Below are positions 37,406 to 46,342 of a stretch of DNA of 64,000 bases, in pieces. Below the pieces are notes generated by a model. That model did no database searches and had not been told where the DNA came from. It saw only the letters and a program-made list of their open reading frames with translations. The position numbers and the translations under genes were made by a program. The stretch's first letter is position 1. Each line of letters starts with the position of its first letter. The DNA is from Vicinamibacteria bacterium (GTDB taxonomy: Bacteria > Acidobacteriota > Vicinamibacteria > Marinacidobacterales > Marinacidobacteraceae): positions 2,912,001 to 2,976,000 of the forward strand of contig CAXXLQ010000004.1 of the NCBI GenBank assembly GCA_963668695.2, written 5' to 3'.

Positions 37406-38701
37406 GTGATTCCTCGGCGCCCCTGGGGGGCTGGAGTCGGCCTGTGGCTCTTCGTCGGCGCGGCGACGTTGGGATTCGCGCAGTCGAGCGTCGAGGAACT
37501 GGCGGCTCGACTGGAGAGCAGTGATGCGAGGACTCGACGCGATGCGGCGCGAGAGCTCGGAGAAGATGGATCGTCAGAAGCGATCTCCGTTCTGAACGAG
37601 GCAGTCCGCGACATCGACCGCAACGTTCGACGCACGGTGCTCGATGCCCTGTTGTCCGTGAGGCGCCCCGATGCGGCGCCGGGACTGATCGCGTTCCTGG
37701 AGGACGAGCTTTCGGAAAATCGCCGGGACGCGATCGGTGGCCTCGTGGACATTCACAACCGGGAGGCGCCGCCCGGCCGGAGAGAACGGGCGATGGATTG
37801 GTTGCTCCGTCGGGAGCAGGCGTTCGTTCTCGATCCGCTGCGACCGGTGGAACCGCGTATCGTCGAGGCCTTGAGTGGACGGCTCACCGACGACGAGGAA
37901 GACAACCGCGAACTGGCCGCCGAGGCCCTGGGCGCCCTGAGGGCGGCTACCGCGGTGGGAGCTCTGGCCGCCGCCGCGTCGGAAGACCTCGAGGATGACG
38001 TGCGACGAGAAGCGATTCGCGCTCTCGGTGCGATCGGCACCGACGAAGCGGGGGAACGACTGCTCTCCATGGTGGAAGAACCGGAGCTTCGCGAGCAGGT
38101 GGTGCGCGCGCTGGGCCGCTTTGCCTACCGGCCGTCAGTCACCGCCCTGATCGGGGTGTACGACGCGGATCCCGAAAGCGATGTGGCCCGGGACGCCCTC
38201 GAAGCGTTGGCGCGGATCGGCGCCGAAGAGGCGCGCGGCACCTTCTACCATGAGCTGGGGAGCGATGACGCCCGGCGGCGCGAGTTCGCTGCCGAGGGTA
38301 TTGGGCGGATCGGAGATCCGGCGCTGGTGGACGGAATGATCCGGGACTTCCTGCGAGAAGAGGACCGGCGGGTGCAGCTTGCGTTCTGTTTCGCGCTCGT
38401 CCGGATGGGGCAGCCGCCGTTCGTGGACCGCATCATCCTTTCGCTTTCTGATTCGAGAGTGGGAGAAGTGGCCAGCCAGTACGCGCTGGAACTCGGCCGG
38501 GATTTCCTGCCCGACATGCTCCGTTATCTGGAGGATCCTGATCGGCAGGTACGGCTGGAACTCATTTCTCTGTTGGAACAACTCGGGGACGACAGCGCCA
38601 TTCCGTCGCTGCGGGCGACCACTCAGGATCCGGATTCGGAGGTGGCGGACCGCGCGCGTCTCGCCGTGAGGCGCCTGTCCGAGTCCGGAAACGGTCGGTA
38701 G
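37406..38701 (+). CDS. Exported HEAT-repeat protein
   Basis: Signal peptide (..GFA|Q); repeated RRDAARELG, RELAAEALG, RREAIRALG units. Confidence 0.85.
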   Translation: MIPRRPWGAGVGLWLFVGAATLGFAQSSVEELAARLESSDARTRRDAARELGEDGSSEAISVLNEAVRDIDRNVRRTVLDALLSVRRPDAAPGLIAFLEDELSENRRDAIGGLVDIHNREAPPGRRERAMDWLLRREQAFVLDPLRPVEPRIVEALSGRLTDDEEDNRELAAEALGALRAATAVGALAAAASEDLEDDVRREAIRALGAIGTDEAGERLLSMVEEPELREQVVRALGRFAYRPSVTALIGVYDADPESDVARDALEALARIGAEEARGTFYHELGSDDARRREFAAEGIGRIGDPALVDGMIRDFLREEDRRVQLAFCFALVRMGQPPFVDRIILSLSDSRVGEVASQYALELGRDFLPDMLRYLEDPDRQVRLELISLLEQLGDDSAIPSLRATTQDPDSEVADRARLAVRRLSESGNGR

Positions 38702-38806
38702 AGCGGAGTGATGCCAAGCGCAAGCGGAGGCGCCAGCGACCGAACACCGCGCACCACGGTCTTCACCCGCTTGAACAACGGGTGGAAGGGTGAGACGATC
38801 CCGAAC

Positions 38807-40237
38807 GTGCGTAGCGGCTTCCTTTCCCGCTGTGCGCCGGATTCCCGGATCCGGCGCTCCTTTCTGACCGGCCTGCTGCTTGTTGGCGCGAGCGGCGCGG
38901 GGCCGTTCCTCCAGCTTGCCGGAGCGGAACTCCCGTCGCGGAGATCCGTTTGGCCGGAGGTCCAGCGCGACGGCAAGTCTCTCGTGATTGGCCGTTTCAT
39001 CGGAAAGTTCGAGAGTCCCGACTTCCGTTCGCGCCGGATCGTTCTGCGGCATCGCGACACCGGACGGAACGAAACCCTGTCGGTGGACGATGGACTTGGC
39101 CTGATCAGTGAACTCGTGCCGCCGGGGGTCTATGACGTGGAGGCCATCGAGGCCGTCTACTTCCCCAACATCCGTCCGCTGAACGTCCGGAAGTTCCGCC
39201 CGATCCGGCAACGTTTCACGGTGTCCCCCAGAGAGCACGAGCGCGGGGAGACCTTGATCTCGGTACCGGCGGACCGCCCGGTCTATATCGGGACCATCCG
39301 CGCCGGCGCCGAGCGCCAGGGGATGGTCTACGAGGGGCAAAAGCTCCGGGTTCTGGACGACTTCGATGTGGCAATGGAGCGGCTCGCGGTTGCCTATCCG
39401 GCGCTCGCGATAAGCCTGAGCGAGCGAGCGGTGGTTCCCCAGCGGCACTTCATGCTTCGCCCCACCGAGCCGGAACCTCCACTCGAAATGATCGTGGGGA
39501 TGGAGGATCCCATCCGGCAGGCGCGCCGCTACATCGAGGACGGCAAGTTCGGACAGGCGATCAACTGGCTCTCGACCTTCATGCCGGTTTCCGACGCGCA
39601 GCGGAACGATGTTCGGCTGTTGATCGGAGAATCCCACCTGGGAGCCAGGAATATGGACCTCGCCATCGAGGAGTTCGGCGCGGTATTGCTGCAGGATCCA
39701 ACGAACCGCAGGGCGCTGCGGTTGCTCGCCCGTTCGCACTCGCTCAACGGGGACCTCGAAGACACCGAGAGCCTCTATCGGGCTCTACTCGATATTCGGC
39801 CGCGGGATGCGGAAGCCCACCTGCAGCTCGGTTACCTCTACGCCTTGCGTGCCGACGATGTGGGCGCCGAAGCGGCGTTCGAGGTCGCGTTCGAGACGGA
39901 TTTCGACTACCTGATGCACGATCTCGCGCCGTTCCTGATGGCGGTTCGGGAGCGTTCCAACAATCCGGAGATCCTCTATGAGCCTCCGCTACTGCGCAGC
40001 ACTCCGGTACCCTTGGCCGGTTCCGGTGGTTCGCGGCGCTCCGCGGAAAGAGACGGCATCATGGTGCTTATCGATCATCGCGGCCGGGTCAAGTCCGCGC
40101 ACTTCGCTCCCGAGAGTTCGAGTCGGGTCCACCAGATGATGATGTCCCTGGTCCGGGGGCGCTACAGCCCCGCCACGCTGAACGGCGTGGCCGTCCCGTC
40201 CATCATGGCCCTCGGCAACTTCGGCGCGGAACGCTAG
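38807..40237 (+). CDS. Exported TPR protein with a TonB-C-like C-terminus
   Basis: RRSFL plus hydrophobic segment; TPRs (DPTNRRALRLLA, PRDAEAHLQLGYLY); VLIDHRGRV...YSPATLNGVAVP; start uncertain (38708, 38710 or 38807). Confidence 0.65.
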   Translation: MRSGFLSRCAPDSRIRRSFLTGLLLVGASGAGPFLQLAGAELPSRRSVWPEVQRDGKSLVIGRFIGKFESPDFRSRRIVLRHRDTGRNETLSVDDGLGLISELVPPGVYDVEAIEAVYFPNIRPLNVRKFRPIRQRFTVSPREHERGETLISVPADRPVYIGTIRAGAERQGMVYEGQKLRVLDDFDVAMERLAVAYPALAISLSERAVVPQRHFMLRPTEPEPPLEMIVGMEDPIRQARRYIEDGKFGQAINWLSTFMPVSDAQRNDVRLLIGESHLGARNMDLAIEEFGAVLLQDPTNRRALRLLARSHSLNGDLEDTESLYRALLDIRPRDAEAHLQLGYLYALRADDVGAEAAFEVAFETDFDYLMHDLAPFLMAVRERSNNPEILYEPPLLRSTPVPLAGSGGSRRSAERDGIMVLIDHRGRVKSAHFAPESSSRVHQMMMSLVRGRYSPATLNGVAVPSIMALGNFGAER

Positions 40238-40389
40238 CCGGACCTGACAACCTGCTGGCGGTGCTGTCGCTGAGCGCCGCGAAATTCGCGGTGGCCGCGG
40301 AACTGTAGGCGCCAGACACCCTCTGGGTTGCTTGGCGTCCGCAGCACCCATCCCTCGGGGCCAGCCCGAACGCCGATGAGGGATTCGCT

Positions 40390-41912
40390 GATCCGCTGCG
40401 GCCGTGCGCAAGCCCTTCCAGGTGCTGTAGCACATGGCTACCAGCACCAGCGCGATCGGGAAGCCGGTGGCGAGTGCCGCGGCCTGCAGCGCCACGAGCC
40501 CGCCGCCGAGCAGCAGGGTGATGGCCACGATCCCTTCGAACGCGCACCAGAAGACGCGCTGGGCGATCGGCGCATCGAGCTTTCCGCCGGCGGTGATGGT
40601 GTCGATGACGAGCGAGCCGGAATCGGAAGAGGTAACGAAGAAGACGATCACCAACACGATGCCGATGACCGACGTCAGGCCGGCGAGCGGCAGCATCTCC
40701 AACATCCTGAACAGGGCCATTTCCGGCTGCTGCGCCTGCACCGCCGCGACCTCGCCCGCCTCGAGATGGTGCGATAGCGCCGTTGCTCCGAAGGCGTTCA
40801 TCCAGAGCGCGGAGAGCAGCACCGGGGCGACCAGCATGCAGCCGAATGAACGCGCGCACGGTACGCCCGCGCGAGACGCGGGCGATGAACATGCCGACGA
40901 AGGGCGACCACGAGAGCCACCACGCCCAGAAGAAGGTGGTCCACCCGTGCAGGAAATCGGAGTCGCCGCGCCCCAGCCAGTTGCTGAGCGGTCCGATCGC
41001 CGCGACATAGTGACCGAGGCTGGCAACGAACCCAAGGAACAGGTGGAGGGTGGGCCCGACCGCCAGGACGAACACGAGCAGCAGCAGGGCCAGGAGCAGG
41101 TTGGCCTGACTCAGGCGCTTGACGCCCCGGTCCATGCCCGCGACCACCGACGCCAGTGCCATCCCCGTAGTGCCCGCGATCAACAGCACCTTGGTCGTGT
41201 CGGTGGCCGGAACCCCGAACGGATGAGCCAGCCCTGCCGCCGTCTGCTCGGCTCCCAGCCCCAGCGACGTCGCCACAACCCGAAGAGGGTGGCGAACACC
41301 GCGAGGATGTCGATGACGTGGCCGAACCGGCCCCACACTGCTTCACCGAGGACCGGGTAGAAGGCAGACCGCAGCGTCAGCGGCAGCCCGAGGTTGTAGG
41401 CGGCGAACGCCAGCGCGAGGCGACGACCGCGAACATCGCCCACGGATGCACGCCCCAGTGGAAGATGGCGGAGGCGACGGCGAGCTGATACGCGGCGGCG
41501 GTATCGGCCGGATCGACGCCGAGCGGCGGATTCCGGAAGTGGTCGACCGGCTCGGCAACTCCGAAGAACATCAGGCCGATACCGATGCCGGCCGCGAACA
41601 GCATGGCGAACCACGACCAGGCGGAGTAGTCGGGTCTGGCGTTCGGACCGCCGAGGCGGACGCGGCCGAGCGGCGTCACCCGCAGCAGCAGCAGAAGCGG
41701 ACGAAGATGTTGCCGGCACCCAGGAACACCCAGTCGAACGTCGAGGTGAGCCAGGCGTAGAGCGAGTCGAAGATGCCGGCGGTGGCGTCCCGGAACGCCA
41801 GCACCCCGGCGACGAACGCGATGATGGTGAGGCTGGAGACGACGAAGACCGGGTTGTGGACGTCGAGGCCGAGGAACTGGACGTTGTCCTGCCCGAGCTG
41901 GTAGTCGGTCAC
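40390..41912 (-). pseudogene. BCCT (betaine/choline/carnitine) transporter pseudogene
   Basis: SWFAMLFAAGIGIGLMFFGVAEP, FHWGVHPW, WAWWLSWSPFVGMFIARVSRGRT and FFVTSSDSG lie in five ORF segments; at least 4 frameshifts (about 41700, 41420, 41280, 40845). Confidence 0.85.
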
Positions 41913-42043
41913 GGCCGCCCGTTACCTGAGGGGTGAGGTGTGCGGGCCGGACCGCTCACGGGGCGTTTCTCCCGGTTGCGGCCTCGGCTCTCACCTCATT
42001 TCATCCAGACGAGGCCAACCTCGGTGGGGCCCGCCGACGCGGT

Positions 42044-42811
42044 CTAGGGCGTCCCGGCAGGCAAGGACAGGACCCGGTCCACTTCGGCCTCGAGCACCGC
42101 GAAAGGCTGATCCGTGCTGGGCGCCGGGTGCAGGAGTCCGTCCCGGTCGATGAGGAAGTTCGCGGGATATCGCGCCGTCTGCGTGAAGATGTCCGGCACT
42201 ACGCCGTCCTCGAGTGCCTCCGGCACCAGCAACGGGTAGTCCACCGACAGTACGTCGCTGCGAAAGCCCTGCTGGATGGCTTCTTCCTCGGTCGAAATTC
42301 CGTACACCAGGAGGCCGTCGTTCGCGCGTTCGCGGGCCAACCGGTCCAGCTCGGGCATTTCGGCGCGGCAGGGCGGGCACCAGGTCGCCCAGATGTTCAC
42401 GAGCACCACCGATCCGCGATGATCCAAGAGCCGGTGGACCCGGCCGTCGAGATCCTGCGCCACGAACTCGGGCGCGGGCACCCCTGAGAGCGCCAGGTTG
42501 GCGGCCTGCCGGGCGCGCCGAACGGCCCCTCCGATCGGTGCACTGACGAGGCCAAGCGAAAGGAGGGCTACCGACGCTCCTACCCATCCGCTCCCACGGA
42601 GTCCACCGGCCCGGTAGCTGTGAAGCGCGCGCCGGAGCGCGAACGCGGGGGGAAGCAGCATGACGAGCGCCACCGCTCCGAGGCGAAACAGGTAGTCCTC
42701 ATCCGGATTCGAACTCAGCCGGGTGAGCCCGAGGTACGCGCCGGCGCCAAAGGCCGCCGAGAGGAGGGGCGAGAGGACGCCGGGCCAGAAGGGAGAACGG
42801 GAGGCGGTCAT
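42044..42811 (-). CDS. Membrane-anchored TlpA-type thiol-disulfide oxidoreductase
   Basis: Three TM segments, then NIWATWCPPCRAEMP and YPANFLIDRDG. Confidence 0.88.
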   Translation of the reverse strand: MTASRSPFWPGVLSPLLSAAFGAGAYLGLTRLSSNPDEDYLFRLGAVALVMLLPPAFALRRALHSYRAGGLRGSGWVGASVALLSLGLVSAPIGGAVRRARQAANLALSGVPAPEFVAQDLDGRVHRLLDHRGSVVLVNIWATWCPPCRAEMPELDRLARERANDGLLVYGISTEEEAIQQGFRSDVLSVDYPLLVPEALEDGVVPDIFTQTARYPANFLIDRDGLLHPAPSTDQPFAVLEAEVDRVLSLPAGTP

Positions 42812-42824
42812 CGAAGAAGCCTAG

Positions 42825-43081
42825 CCCGGACTTTTCCTACCGACGATTTCACGAGAGACGCTGGTTGCCGTAACTTGTTGACAATCTCATTGGTTGCGCA
42901 TGAGACTCAGACCCCGGCCGAGCTGACGGCGCGCACGTCCGGGAACGCCGGCCAGTTCTCCCGGTGGGGGCCTTCAGACCGGCAGCGCCCGCCGAGAGGC
43001 GGGCGAAAGGCGCGACGCGGGCGGTGTGGTTGCGACGCCCGACTTGCCGCCGTGCGGCATGCGGAGTATGAGAAATGCGGC
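42825..43081. mobile_element. 257-bp non-autonomous element of a second family (IS1380-like ends by recollection)
   Basis: CTAG direct repeats at 42821-42824 and 43082-43085; imperfect 16-bp TIR (CCCGGACTTTTCCTAC vs GCCGCATTTCTCATAC, 11/16); contains one 18-mer at 42952-42969. Confidence 0.55.
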
Positions 43082-43088
43082 CTAGCCC

Positions 43089-44544
43089 CGATACTGTTCA
43101 CTTAGTGTATTTGGTTCGTTATGCTTGCCCCCGGCTCGGCCGGGAGGTTGCCTATGGCGAGAACGGTTGCGGAGCTTCCGAAAGGGAGCCGGATCACCGA
43201 CTACATCAGCCTCGGGGTGCTGAACGAGCGGATCCCGCGGGCGGCAGTGGACGAGGCGCTGCGGGCTACGGGGCGGCAGAGTGCCCGTCAGCGGGACCTG
43301 CCGGCGCACGTGGTGGTGTATTACGTGATCGCCTTGGCGCTGTACATGCAGTCGTCGTATCGAGAGGTTCTGCGGTGCCTGGTGGAAGGGCTGCGGTGGC
43401 TGGGCGATCCGTCAGCACGCCCACGGGTGGCGGGGAAGTCGGGGATTTCGCAGGCGCGCAAGAGGCTGGGCGCCGAACCGCTGCAAGCCCTGCATGACGC
43501 CGTGGTGCGGCCGGTGGGGCAGCCATCGGAACCGGGATGCGGCTATCGGCAGTGGCACGTGGTCAGCGTGGACGGCAGCACTTTGGATGTCGCGGACGAG
43601 TCTCCCAACGCGGCGGCCTTCGGACGCCCCGGCGCGAGTCGCGGCGCCAGTGCCTTCCCCCAGATCCGATTCGTGTCGTTGGTCGAGAACGGAACCCATG
43701 TTCTGTTTGCGAGCCGGATGGCGGGTTGCAACGTGAGCGAACAGCGCCTGGTCGAGGACGTGATGCCTTCCTTGAAGGCGGGCATGTTGTGTCTGGCGGA
43801 CCGCAACTTCTTCAGCTACGGCCGGTGGAATCAGGCCCGCACCGCGGGGGCGGATCTGTTGTGGCGCATCAAGAAGAACCTGCGCCTGCCACGGGAAACC
43901 CCGTTGGGCGACGGCTCCTATGTGAGCCGGATCTACGCCTCCGACAAAGACCGACGCCACGGGCGAGACGCGGTTCGGGTGCGGGTGATCGACTATCAAC
44001 TGTCCGGCGTGGGCGACGCCGAACCGCTGTACCGGCTGCTGACCACGGTGCTGGATGCGGATCGCGCCCCGGCCCCGGAACTCGCCACCCTCTACCACGA
44101 GCGCTGGGAGATCGAAACCGCGCTGGACGAACTCAAGACCCACCTCCGAGGCCCCCGGATCGTCCTCCGCAGCAAAACTCCCGAACTCGTCCGCCAGGAG
44201 TTCTGGGGCCTGATGTTGGCCCACTTCGCCATCCGCTCCCTCATGCACGACGCCGCCCGGCAGAGCGGAGACGACCCAGACCGACTCTCCTACCTCCATG
44301 CGGTTCGTGCGATCCGTCGCAACATCATCACCCACAGCGCCATTCCCCCCTCAGCGTCAGGACAGCCGCCGCCAACATCTCCTTGACGAACTCCTCGACG
44401 AACGGGTGGTGTCCCGTCGCAACCGGTGCACGCCCCGCGGTGGCAAGCGCAAGATGAGCGGTTATCCGCTGCGCCCCAGGCACGCTCCCTCCTGCCGCAT
44501 GGACGGCCCGCCAACCGTCCGAATCGTCTAAGTGAACAGTATTG
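43089..44544 (+). mobile_element. IS4-family insertion sequence
   Basis: 17-bp TIR C(G/A)ATACTGTTCACTTAG at 43089-43105 and 44528-44544; flanks CTAGCCC / GGGCTAG. Confidence 0.92.
43154..44386 (+). CDS. IS4-family DDE transposase (possible +1 extension to 44531)
   Basis: VDGSTL, LADRNFF and YHERWEIETALDELK (YREK motif); RBS GGGAGG before ATG 43154. Confidence 0.92.
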   Translation: MARTVAELPKGSRITDYISLGVLNERIPRAAVDEALRATGRQSARQRDLPAHVVVYYVIALALYMQSSYREVLRCLVEGLRWLGDPSARPRVAGKSGISQARKRLGAEPLQALHDAVVRPVGQPSEPGCGYRQWHVVSVDGSTLDVADESPNAAAFGRPGASRGASAFPQIRFVSLVENGTHVLFASRMAGCNVSEQRLVEDVMPSLKAGMLCLADRNFFSYGRWNQARTAGADLLWRIKKNLRLPRETPLGDGSYVSRIYASDKDRRHGRDAVRVRVIDYQLSGVGDAEPLYRLLTTVLDADRAPAPELATLYHERWEIETALDELKTHLRGPRIVLRSKTPELVRQEFWGLMLAHFAIRSLMHDAARQSGDDPDRLSYLHAVRAIRRNIITHSAIPPSASGQPPPTSP

Positions 44545-44547
44545 GGG

Positions 44548-45582
44548 CTAGCCGCCGGCGGCGAGACGTTGAGTGAGGCCCTCGTCAACGTAGCGGCGCC
44601 GGATGCCGGGGATGAGATAGCGGGAAAAGAGTGTCTCCGCGTCGTGTGCCGGATTGAAGTGGAAATCCCGGCGGGCGGCTGAATCGTCCACGGCGGCTGG
44701 CCAACTCGCGACGATGCGGGCGCGAGTTGCGTCGAGTTCGAACAGGACCTCGAGTTCCGGAAAATCCTGGGCGACCCGCGCGATGATTTCCGTCGCCGAG
44801 AGGCTCGCGCCCCCGAGGTTATAGGCGGTTCTGGTCAGCGCCCCCTTCTCCCGGCCGGCGAGGCGCAAGACTCCTTCCACCGCGTCGGGCATGGCGCAAA
44901 AGGGCAGGCGGGCCTCGGGCTCGACGAAGCACGCGTACGGCTCGCCCCGCGCGGCGGCGTGGATGAGTTCCGGAGCCCAGTCGCTCGTCCCACCTTGGGG
45001 CAGGGTGTTCGCAGAAATGAGCCCGGGGAGCCGAACCGCTCGAAAGTCCAGACCGCTGCCCAGATGTTCCACGGTAGCCCCCAGCCGCTCGACATAGAGT
45101 TTCTGGGCCCCGTAGAGGGTGCTCGGGTCGAGGTGGTCGTCTTCGCGGACAGGCGCGGCGGCGTCCTTGGCTTCCTGGGATGCGAGTCCGTAGACCGCGA
45201 TCGAGCTGGGGAACACGAACCGGACCGGGTTCTCCGGAGTCGCAACGTCCGAGGCCATGGCAATGAGGCGGGCGGTTCCGTCGGCGTTGACCACGTGCGC
45301 GAGCAGCGGGACCGATTCAGCGCGGGTCGAGAGGATCGCCGCGAGATGGAAGATCAAGGTGGGGCGGTAGCGCGCCAGCAACGCTTTCCAGAGCGCCGGA
45401 TCGAGGATATCTCCCTGGAAATGCTCCTGGGGGCAGTCGCCGGCGCCCATGTCAGGCAGCGGCTGGAGATCCACCGTTACCACGCGCTCGGGGTGGCCCG
45501 CGAGCAGACGGGAGAGGAGGGCGTTGCCGATCTCTCCCGCCGCCCCGGTGATCAGGGTGACCGGAACCCGCCCGTCGCTCAC
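44548..45582 (-). CDS. NAD-dependent extended SDR, L-threonine 3-dehydrogenase-like
   Basis: TGAAGEIG, HLAAILS, PSSIAVYG, YGAQK and GGTSDW. Confidence 0.78.
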   Translation of the reverse strand: MSDGRVPVTLITGAAGEIGNALLSRLLAGHPERVVTVDLQPLPDMGAGDCPQEHFQGDILDPALWKALLARYRPTLIFHLAAILSTRAESVPLLAHVVNADGTARLIAMASDVATPENPVRFVFPSSIAVYGLASQEAKDAAAPVREDDHLDPSTLYGAQKLYVERLGATVEHLGSGLDFRAVRLPGLISANTLPQGGTSDWAPELIHAAARGEPYACFVEPEARLPFCAMPDAVEGVLRLAGREKGALTRTAYNLGGASLSATEIIARVAQDFPELEVLFELDATRARIVASWPAAVDDSAARRDFHFNPAHDAETLFSRYLIPGIRRRYVDEGLTQRLAAGG

Positions 45583-46286
45583 TTTGCAGAATCTCCGGCG
45601 CCGGGTTGGTCCTCAAGCACCCGTCGCAGAAAGAACCCGAGGTCGTGAATCTCCGCCTCTGACACGTGGTGCGCCATCGGATAGTCGTGGAACTCCACCG
45701 GCCAACCGGCGTTCGTCAACACCCGGCGGCTCACCGCGGCGAAATGGAGCGGGATCATCGGATCGAAAGAGCCGTGGGCCTGAAAGATGGGGACGGGTGG
45801 GTCCCGCGGCGCGACCACCGCTTCGAAGTCCGGGACGTAGGTGGAAAGCGCCACCACCCCGGCCACTTCGACGGGCGGTTCACCTCCGGGGCCGGGGCAG
45901 ACCGTCGCGTGGAGCACCACCGCCCCGCCCTGCGAGAAACCTGCCAGCAGGAGGCGTTCCGGCGGGATCCCCCGCTCGCGCTCCCGTTCGAGGAGCGCTC
46001 TGACTCCGGCCACGGATTCAGCGAGGTGCTGCCGGTTCGCGCTGCCCTCCCGCGTCAACGATGCGATGTCGAACCAGGCCCGCATCGAGGCGCCGCCGTT
46101 GATGGTTACCGGACGGAAGGGAGCTTCGGGAAACAGGAAGCGGACCCCGAGCGACTCCGGGAGGCGAAGGGCCGGAACGATGGGCTCGAAATCGTGCCCG
46201 TCGGCGCCGAGCCCGTGCAGCCAGATGATGGTGGTCCGATGCGCGCCCGCGGGCGCTACCTCCACGACGTTCCATGACGGTTCCAC
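45579..46286 (-). CDS. Carboxylesterase / acyl-protein thioesterase family alpha/beta hydrolase
   Basis: WLHGLGADG, MRAWFDI, GFSQGG, HGSFDPMI and YPMAH. Confidence 0.92.
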   Translation of the reverse strand: MEPSWNVVEVAPAGAHRTTIIWLHGLGADGHDFEPIVPALRLPESLGVRFLFPEAPFRPVTINGGASMRAWFDIASLTREGSANRQHLAESVAGVRALLERERERGIPPERLLLAGFSQGGAVVLHATVCPGPGGEPPVEVAGVVALSTYVPDFEAVVAPRDPPVPIFQAHGSFDPMIPLHFAAVSRRVLTNAGWPVEFHDYPMAHHVSEAEIHDLGFFLRRVLEDQPGAGDSAK

Positions 46287-46342
46287 CGTTCTCGGGGGGC
46301 CGGCGCCGGTCTCCTGGCCGGGTCGGCTTCCCGGGACAGGGG

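Noticed and set aside
40245-40310. Short frame DNLLAVLSLSAAKFAVAAEL* or an IS-like end after the TPR gene
   Set aside because: It has no start and no partner end; it is too short to assign and may be a gene remnant
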